This document shows, in pieces, positions 25,553 through 32,000 of a stretch of DNA of 32,000 nt. Origin of the DNA: an archaeon (GTDB lineage Archaea; Iainarchaeota; Iainarchaeia; Iainarchaeales; CSSED10-239); assembly GCA_041677685.1 (NCBI GenBank), contig JBAYPN010000004.1, forward strand, positions 11,212 through 43,211. Reading direction: 5' to 3'. The notes beneath the pieces are model-generated. The model was not told the origin of the DNA. It did not search any database and worked only from the letters and a program-made list of their open reading frames with translations. A program made the position numbers and the translations under genes. The number at the start of each line of letters is the position of its first letter. Position 1 is the stretch's first letter.

Positions 25553-26671
25553 TTAATTACATTGTGCATCTGTGTTAGAACCTGAATTCCCATAACCAAA
25601 ACCAGGGGAAGGACTAACAGAACTTAATTGTTCTTCACATTCTACAGGCTTATCAGTAAATGATGAACAAATTGTATCTAAAAGACTTTGAGGGTCTCTA
25701 CCTGAAGATACGGTTGTACCGTTGATTACTAATGTTGGAGAACCTTGAACTCCATATTTTTTATTATCTTCATCATGTATTAAAAATTTAGGAAATCTAC
25801 CACTTACCCATGTAGCCTTATCATCATACATTTCTGTAATATTGTATTCTTCATCAGTTGCAGTAATACATGCTTCTAAACTTTCTCTAGAGATGTTTGT
25901 TCGTTCTAAACAATCATCAGTATCTCCAGCTTCCAAAAAGCAACCTAAATACTCATTAAACTTATCAGGGTCTTCTTGCATAATACAAGTTTGCAATAAT
26001 TGTTCATACACTTCAGTATCACCATGCATAGCATAATTTACAAACTTCAATTGGAAATCAATTTTATCATCTAATAGCTCAACAACTGGCAAAATTCCTT
26101 TCTCAACTTGAGTACCATATGGACAATGAGACATTACAAACAATTCTACCACTGGTTTGTTTGATTTTACAATTTCAGGAGTTTTTTTAACTTCATTATT
26201 TGTTTGAGTTTTTTCAAGATTCTGTTTTTGAGCCACAAATTCTGATTTGTTAATTGGTGCTCCTCCAGGTATAAAAATCAACTCCCCATCCTTAGAAGTG
26301 TAAAGTTCCATTTCTTGACCTTCTACACTTATTACCATCTTATAAAGTTCCTTTTCATTAGATACTTCACTTAATGTTAAATCACTAACAGGAAAATTCT
26401 CTTTTAAAAAGACAACAGTTTCATTTGCAACATTTTGCATGTCTGCTGGTGAAACATTATTCTGATTCAAAGCATTATTAACATTTGAATTGTTAACTGA
26501 TGGTTTTGTTAAAAACAAAACTAAGAATAAAACAAATGCAACAAATAACACAACTGAAACAGTCTTCCACACAAATAAGTTACTTTTAATCATATTATTT
26601 TTAATAGAAGATTTTGATTCTGTATTTTTAACATACTGATTTTTTGATGTTTTTTTATTTTTTGAATTCAT
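25553..26671 (-). CDS. Membrane-anchored thioredoxin-fold protein (DsbA/GILT-like) with a CPYG motif
   Basis: N-terminal TM anchor, then VELFVMSHCPYGTQ at the position of a CxxC motif, then GSPTLVINGT (DsbA-like cis-Pro region). Several extra Cys. I prefer ATG 26671, which is preceded by GGGTGG, over the GTG at 26686 in the track. Confidence 0.55.
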   Translation of the reverse strand: MNSKNKKTSKNQYVKNTESKSSIKNNMIKSNLFVWKTVSVVLFVAFVLFLVLFLTKPSVNNSNVNNALNQNNVSPADMQNVANETVVFLKENFPVSDLTLSEVSNEKELYKMVISVEGQEMELYTSKDGELIFIPGGAPINKSEFVAQKQNLEKTQTNNEVKKTPEIVKSNKPVVELFVMSHCPYGTQVEKGILPVVELLDDKIDFQLKFVNYAMHGDTEVYEQLLQTCIMQEDPDKFNEYLGCFLEAGDTDDCLERTNISRESLEACITATDEEYNITEMYDDKATWVSGRFPKFLIHDEDNKKYGVQGSPTLVINGTTVSSGRDPQSLLDTICSSFTDKPVECEEQLSSVSPSPGFGYGNSGSNTDAQCN

Positions 26672-26921
26672 GTAAATTCCACCCACATATTTTGTTTTAC
26701 TTTTAATATAATTTAAATAAGAAATGTTTAAAAAAGAGGTGTTTTTTTAAAAACATAAATTATTTTTTTTAATACACTATTTTAAAAAAGAAATTTAGAG
26801 TTTTTAAAAATTATTTAAAATCTTTAAAAGAGTTTTCAAAAATATTTTTAAAAAAATAAATAAAATGATATTTTTTAAAAAATACTATTTATCTACACCC
26901 AAATACCCAAACTCTCAAACT

Positions 26922-29348
26922 TCAATTGTTTGGAAGTGACTTGATTTTCTCCAAAGAAAACCCAGCATTCTGTAATTCTTTATAAGAATACCCAGCTTGC
27001 TTCAACTCAGGCAACAAATACCCAACCTTTCTAAGATCATCTGCAGAAAACCCAATTGACTTTAGTTCTTTTGCAGCATAATTTATTACTTTAAGCATCC
27101 TAATCCCAACTCCAAGATCAAACAATTCCTTAGCAGAATATCCTGCATAATGTAATTGTCTAGCAGTAAAGCTTACATCATACAACTCTCTTGCTAAAAA
27201 TCCTGCTTTTCTTAAAGAAGACCCATCAAACCCTGCAACCTTCAATTCTCTTACAGAATAAACATTTTTAAGTTCTTCAGCCTTATAACCTGCTTGTGCC
27301 ATCTCCTTACAAGTATAATCTGCACTATAAAATTCTTTAATCTCAATTCCAAGACCATTCAATTCCTTTGCCTTATATCCAGCAAATCTAAGAGTTGCAA
27401 CATCAAAGCCAGCTTCATAAAGTTCTTTTGCAGTGTACCCAACAGAATGTAATTGCTTTGCTGTATACCCAATATGTAAAATTTCTTTTGCAGAAAATCC
27501 AGCAGCTTTTAATTCATATAAAGAATATCCTTCTAAATTAAGTTCTAAAGCAGAAAACCCTACTCTTTTCAATTCATCTAAGGAATACCCAGCTAAAATA
27601 CATTCCTTTAATGAACAACCAATAGCATACAATTCTCTAACATCATACCCACCATCAATCAGTTCTCGACAGGTTACTCCTTCTGCCTTTAAGTGTCTTG
27701 CCTCATAACCAGCTTCTCTTAAATCTTTGATTGTATAACCCAAATTTACAAGATCATTAATTGAATATTTTAGATATCTAAGTTCTTCTAGTGTAAAGTC
27801 TTCTTTTTTTTCTTTTAGATTTTCATTTTCTTCAAGTGGTTCTTTAATATCATAAAGTTTAATTAAGTCTTTAATATCATATCCACCTTTTTTGAGTTGT
27901 TCTAAACTAATTCCAATTTTATAAAGTTCAATTGGAGAATATTTAATTTTATAAAAATCAGAAACTTCAAATTCCTTTAATAGATCAGTAACCTTATAAT
28001 CTGCTGCTAACAGTTCCTCTAAAGTAAAGCCTTGTTCTTTTAATTGAGAGATTGGAAAAATTAATTTAAAATCATTTAAACAATAACCTAATTCACATAA
28101 TTTTTTTAAAGAATAAAATTCATTTAAATCTTTTATATTATACCCAACAGAGAAAATATCTTCTATTTTATAATTTGCAAAAACTAAATCTTTAAGTGTG
28201 TATTTTGCTTCATCAAGTTGCTTAACAGTATATGCATATTCTTTTAGTTTCTTAGAACTAAATCCAGCTTTCTTTAAATCACTTGCACTAAATTCTGCAA
28301 AAAGAATTGAATGTGTATCAAATTTTGCTTTCTTTAGATCAATAGGTAGATATCCAATTTCTTTAAGTTCCTTTGTAGAAACCCCTGCATTTTTTAGATC
28401 TTTTAAAGTGTACTCTGCTTTTTTAATTTCACTTGCAGGAAAGTTTAAAAAATAAAGATCTTTTGCTGTAAATTTTAATTTTTTTAATTTAATTGCTGTG
28501 TATTTTTTTTTAATTAATTGTTCATATTTTATATTAAGGTCAAAGAGTTCTTTTGCTTTATGGTTTTTTAAAAACTCATCATTGATAATTATCTCTTTAT
28601 TTTTGTCTTCTTTAATTTTTTCTTTTTTAGCTTTTTCTTTTTTAGCTTCAACTTTAGAAGTTTCTGCCTTTAACTTTTTAGAAACAATCGATTTATCTTT
28701 TATTCTAATTTTCAAACCTAACTCAGAATCAGTAAACCCAGCTGTTTGTAGTTCTTTAATACTATACTTTGCTTTTCTTAATTCCCCTAAATTATATTTA
28801 CCACTATAAAGTGCCTTTGCAGAAACTCCAACTTTCTTTAATTGACCTGCACTAAATCCTGCTTCCTTTAAGTCCCTAATCTCATAACCTACATTTAACA
28901 ACTCTTTTGCAGAATATGAACTTTTTAGTTCCTTTGCAGAATAACCAGCTTCTTTTAGATCCTTTAAATTAACTCCAATTTCTTTAAGTCTTCTGACCAT
29001 ATACCCTGCTTGCCTTAGATCTGTTGCAGAATAACCTGCCAAGTATAGCTCCTTTGCATTATAGTTTAGTTCTCTTAGCTTCTTAGCATCAAAGCCTACC
29101 TCCTTTAGATCATTTAAAGTAAATCCTGCTGATTTTAAGGTCTTTGCTTTGAAGCCTAGTCCTTTTAGAACAGTATAATTTGCTTTAACTTCCTTTAATT
29201 TTTTTGCAAAAGCCTTAACATCTATTTTATATTTTTTTAAAAGAGAAATAGTAATTGGTTTAGTTATAAACCTTGTTGGAGACTTAATTTGTTTTTCAAT
29301 CAATTCTAATAATTTTTTTTTATCAATTTTTTTAATATCTTCAGCCAT
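26922..29348 (-). CDS. Tandem decapeptide-repeat protein (about 70 units, consensus aGYSAKELKx), possibly pentapeptide-repeat-like
   Basis: 808 aa with no signal peptide or TM helix. Three blocks of about 16, 25 and 29 ten-residue units (manual parse), for example AGYSAKELKS, AGFSAGQLKK, VGYTAKELYE. AGGTG lies upstream of the ATG. The gene shows 30-nt periodicity at DNA level. Confidence 0.75.
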   Translation of the reverse strand: MAEDIKKIDKKKLLELIEKQIKSPTRFITKPITISLLKKYKIDVKAFAKKLKEVKANYTVLKGLGFKAKTLKSAGFTLNDLKEVGFDAKKLRELNYNAKELYLAGYSATDLRQAGYMVRRLKEIGVNLKDLKEAGYSAKELKSSYSAKELLNVGYEIRDLKEAGFSAGQLKKVGVSAKALYSGKYNLGELRKAKYSIKELQTAGFTDSELGLKIRIKDKSIVSKKLKAETSKVEAKKEKAKKEKIKEDKNKEIIINDEFLKNHKAKELFDLNIKYEQLIKKKYTAIKLKKLKFTAKDLYFLNFPASEIKKAEYTLKDLKNAGVSTKELKEIGYLPIDLKKAKFDTHSILFAEFSASDLKKAGFSSKKLKEYAYTVKQLDEAKYTLKDLVFANYKIEDIFSVGYNIKDLNEFYSLKKLCELGYCLNDFKLIFPISQLKEQGFTLEELLAADYKVTDLLKEFEVSDFYKIKYSPIELYKIGISLEQLKKGGYDIKDLIKLYDIKEPLEENENLKEKKEDFTLEELRYLKYSINDLVNLGYTIKDLREAGYEARHLKAEGVTCRELIDGGYDVRELYAIGCSLKECILAGYSLDELKRVGFSALELNLEGYSLYELKAAGFSAKEILHIGYTAKQLHSVGYTAKELYEAGFDVATLRFAGYKAKELNGLGIEIKEFYSADYTCKEMAQAGYKAEELKNVYSVRELKVAGFDGSSLRKAGFLARELYDVSFTARQLHYAGYSAKELFDLGVGIRMLKVINYAAKELKSIGFSADDLRKVGYLLPELKQAGYSYKELQNAGFSLEKIKSLPNN

Positions 29349-29522
29349 AATAATACACCTTTCCTTGAAAGTTTTTTCATATTATTTTTATTTAATTTAT
29401 AAATTTGTAATTAAGTAATTATATTCAGTTAATGATATATATTAAGCTTAGAAACATTTAAATATCTGTAGTTTAAGCCAAATTCTTCTAATTTTTAATA
29501 ATCTTTATAAACATAGCCCCCA

Positions 29523-30482
29523 CTACCTAAGTTTCTTAATCTCTTCAATAAATTCCATTGTCAATTGGCTAGTTCTGTCATCTTCTTTTCCAAAATCATA
29601 ATTAAGACTACTATGTCCTCTGTCTGATATCACATAATACCTAGCATAAACATTATTCTTAATTAATTTATAATAAAAATTTTTAGCTTCAGGTTTTGCA
29701 ATTCTAAAAATACTATTTTCACAAACAAATAAGATCATAGGCGGTATATTTTTATTCTTAGAAACATGATTTATTGGGGATGCATTCTTATAGGTGTTTT
29801 CGTCATTTCCAAATGGAACATTATAATACATCTCTATTAGCTTACTATCAAATTTTAAAGAACTAGGAAGAAGTAAATCATAACCAACTCCTTCAAGAAG
29901 AACAGTTCCTTTAATAATATTTAGATCTAAACCATATTTTTGCAAATAACTTTCATCTGTAGAAATTAAAGAAACAATTTGCGCACCTGCTGAATGCCCA
30001 CTTAAGTAGATTTCAGCCTCATTACCTAAATAGTTAGAAATATTATTATAAACCCAATCAATTGCAGTTGTAACGTCTTGGACAGGAACAGGAAAATTGG
30101 AATTTGGGGAACTACGATAATTTACATTTACTAAAATAAAGTTATTGTCTGTGTAAAATAAACCCTTTTGTATATATCTTCCTCTTTGGTCTTTATTTCC
30201 AAAATATTTAGTCCAAGCTCCCCCATGTACATAAATCATTACAGGATATTTTTGAATTGTGTTGTTGTCAGGAACATATATGTCAAGGCTTGTGTAAGAT
30301 GGATCAGAATTATTATTTAAATCATAAACAATGTCCTTATATAATAAATAATCTCCTTGATTCTTTAATGCCTTATAATAATAGTGAGTATAAATTATTG
30401 AAAATAAAGCAAATATAATTACTAGAAAGAAAAGAAAAATAAATAGTTTGCTTTTTCTAGATAAATTTAATTTAAAATCCAT
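29523..30482 (-). CDS. Membrane-anchored alpha/beta hydrolase (esterase/lipase, HGG-type)
   Basis: N-terminal TM helix, oxyanion-hole motif VHGGAW, nucleophile elbow GHSAGA, and a C-terminal DRGHS region for the catalytic His. Confidence 0.8.
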   Translation of the reverse strand: MDFKLNLSRKSKLFIFLFFLVIIFALFSIIYTHYYYKALKNQGDYLLYKDIVYDLNNNSDPSYTSLDIYVPDNNTIQKYPVMIYVHGGAWTKYFGNKDQRGRYIQKGLFYTDNNFILVNVNYRSSPNSNFPVPVQDVTTAIDWVYNNISNYLGNEAEIYLSGHSAGAQIVSLISTDESYLQKYGLDLNIIKGTVLLEGVGYDLLLPSSLKFDSKLIEMYYNVPFGNDENTYKNASPINHVSKNKNIPPMILFVCENSIFRIAKPEAKNFYYKLIKNNVYARYYVISDRGHSSLNYDFGKEDDRTSQLTMEFIEEIKKLR

Positions 30483-30545
30483 ACACTATCAAGTATATAT
30501 TATAAAGTAAGGTTTTAAAAGATAATTTATTTATTTTAAAAAAAA

Positions 30546-30607
30546 ATATTCTCATAAAAAGTAATATTCTCATAAAAAAAAATATTCTCATAAAAAGTAA
30601 TATTTTA
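30546..30607. repeat. Three and a half direct repeats of an 18-bp unit between the ABC operon end and the hydrolase gene
   Basis: ATATTCTCATAAAAA occurs at 30546, 30564 and 30582 (18-nt period), with a degenerate fourth unit at 30600. Confidence 0.85.
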
Positions 30608-30612
30608 TACTT

Positions 30613-31359
30613 TTAAATTTCCATTCTACTAAATAAATAACTTCCAATAAAAACAAATATAATTAAATAAGAAACAATTACAATTGAACTTACAAATATT
30701 GGTATAGATGACATAGATGTTAAAAAATACCTAATGGCATCAACACAGTAGGTTAATGGGTTGATTCTTATAATAAAGTTTATAGCTTTTGGTAAATCTG
30801 TTAAAGGAAATAATGCTCCTGATAGAAAAAATAAAGGCATTATTAAAAGATTCATTAACAATTGAAAACCCTGCATATCATTTAATCTAGAAGCAATTGC
30901 AGTACCTAAAGCTGTAAAGACAATAGCAGTAAGTATCATAAACAAAATTGCAAGAGGAAGTAAAGCTAAATTATTTAATTTAAATCCAAAAGCAAAAGAA
31001 ATAATTAAAATTAATAGACCTTGTAAAACTGCAATTGTTGCACCACCAAGAGTTCTTCCAATCATTATCCTAAGCCTTGAAACAGGAGCAACTAATGTTT
31101 CTTTTAAAAAACCAAATTGTTTATCCCAAATGATTTCAATTCCTGAAAATATTGAAGAAAATAAAATACTCATAGCAATAATTCCAGGTACTAGAAATTG
31201 TATGTAACTTCCTCTTCCTGCTTCCTGAAAGATTGATCCAAAACCAAAGCCTAAAGCTACTAAGAAAAGTAAAGGTTGAGCAATTGAACCAATAACTCTA
31301 GATTTTTGCCTATAAAATCTTTTTAATTGTCTTTGCCAAAGTGCATAAATTACCCCCAT
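30613..31359 (-). CDS. ABC-2 type transporter permease
   Basis: 248 aa, six TM helices, typical ABC-2 exporter layout. Starts 5 nt after the ATPase gene ends. Confidence 0.8.
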   Translation of the reverse strand: MGVIYALWQRQLKRFYRQKSRVIGSIAQPLLFLVALGFGFGSIFQEAGRGSYIQFLVPGIIAMSILFSSIFSGIEIIWDKQFGFLKETLVAPVSRLRIMIGRTLGGATIAVLQGLLILIISFAFGFKLNNLALLPLAILFMILTAIVFTALGTAIASRLNDMQGFQLLMNLLIMPLFFLSGALFPLTDLPKAINFIIRINPLTYCVDAIRYFLTSMSSIPIFVSSIVIVSYLIIFVFIGSYLFSRMEI

Positions 31360-31364
31360 AATAG

Positions 31365-32000
31365 TTACCTTCTTCTTATTTTCCTTCTTTGTCTTAATTG
31401 ATCTAAAGAACTTGATTCTTCTTCTCTAATATTATAACCTGTAATTTTAATAAAAGCCTCTTCTAAAGTCTTAGATTTTGTTTGCTTTTTAAAATCTGAA
31501 ATTGTTCCTTTTTCAATAATTTTACCTTTATCAATTATTGCAATCTTATTAGCTACCTTTTCAACTTCATCCATATAGTGTGTTGTAAAAAAGATAGTTA
31601 CTTTTTCTTTTTTATTAATTTCTAAAATATAGTTCCAAATATGCTTTCTTGTTTGAGGATCTAAGCCTACTGTTGGTTCATCTAAAAATAAAATTTTTGG
31701 AACATGAAGTAAACCTCTTGCAATTTCAAGTCTTCTTTTCATACCACCAGAAAATTTACTTACCAAATCATCTTTTCTATCCCAAAGTTCAACAACTTTT
31801 AAAAACTTTTCAATTCTTTTTTCAGCAAGAGATTTTTCTAAACTATATAAAACAGAATGAATCTTCATATTTTCATAAGCAGTTAGTTCTTCATCTACAC
31901 TAGGATCTTGAAAAACAATTCCAAAAAACTCTCTAACTTTATTTGGATCTTTTAAAACATCATAGTTATTAATTGTAATACTTCCTTTATTAAATTTTAA
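31365..32000 (-). CDS. ABC transporter ATP-binding protein (partial; N-terminus lies beyond the window)
   Basis: Signature FSGGMKRRLEIARGL, Walker B ILFLDEPTVGLD, H-loop TTHYMDE. The frame stays open upstream of the track Met to position 32000 (…FGIVFQDPSVDEELTAYENM…), so the Walker A region is off-window. Confidence 0.85.
   Translation of the reverse strand, partial: LKFNKGSITINNYDVLKDPNKVREFFGIVFQDPSVDEELTAYENMKIHSVLYSLEKSLAEKRIEKFLKVVELWDRKDDLVSKFSGGMKRRLEIARGLLHVPKILFLDEPTVGLDPQTRKHIWNYILEINKKEKVTIFFTTHYMDEVEKVANKIAIIDKGKIIEKGTISDFKKQTKSKTLEEAFIKITGYNIREEESSSLDQLRQRRKIRRR

Noticed and set aside
26922-29348. 30-nt periodicity that could be mistaken for a CRISPR array or a non-coding satellite; also plus-strand ORFs 27433-27708, 28198-28455 and 28498-28809
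   Set aside because: There is no alternation of identical repeats with unique spacers. The periodicity is that of a 10-codon protein repeat within one uninterrupted 808-codon frame that has a good SD and ATG. The plus-strand ORFs are shadow frames of that repeat.
1-32000. Search for tRNA, rRNA, other structured RNAs, CRISPR arrays, transposases, integrases or prophage genes
   Set aside because: No GC-enriched islands of tRNA or rRNA size are visible in the intergenic regions, which are all short and extremely AT-rich. No ORF has recombinase, transposase or phage-structural motifs. The only GC-rich tract is the coding Gly7 run in lysS.

Overview
Very AT-rich window (roughly 30% GC or lower by eye), densely coding, standard genetic code, with Shine-Dalgarno-like sites (AGGAGG, AGGTGG) and TATA-like motifs. 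I saw no rRNA, tRNA, CRISPR array, transposase or integrase. I infer a small-genome archaeon, probably DPANN-like. The main evidence is six ORFs with archaeal class III (prepilin-type) signal peptides carrying Gln at +1, not the bacterial GFxxxE type. Supporting evidence is a Pyrococcus-type monocluster ferredoxin and the overall gene style.

Two kinds of content are present.

(1) Housekeeping and accessory genes: NCS2 uracil permease; a CofE-like ligase translationally coupled to a SAM methyltransferase; endonuclease IV; ferredoxin; class II lysyl-tRNA synthetase with a Gly7 insertion; DHH/DHHA1 phosphoesterase; a SPOUT-type methyltransferase; glutaredoxin; an ArsR regulator; a CPBP protease; a membrane-anchored thioredoxin-fold protein; an alpha/beta hydrolase; and an ABC-2 exporter that is partial at the window edge.

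(2) A roughly 14 kb cell-surface block (5626-19834). It holds a FlaJ/TadC-like platform protein followed by nine co-oriented genes, most of them pilin-like. These include a tandemly duplicated major-pilin candidate whose second copy has lost its signal peptide, a 68-aa headless mini-pilin, and a tightly coupled four-gene module. After a convergent Lys/Glu-rich gene comes a small membrane protein and a 1666-aa surface protein with a signal peptide and a C-terminal anchor. No pilus ATPase or prepilin peptidase lies in the window.

Separately, an 808-aa protein is made of about 70 tandem decapeptide repeats. All functional calls come from motif recognition by eye. No database search was run.
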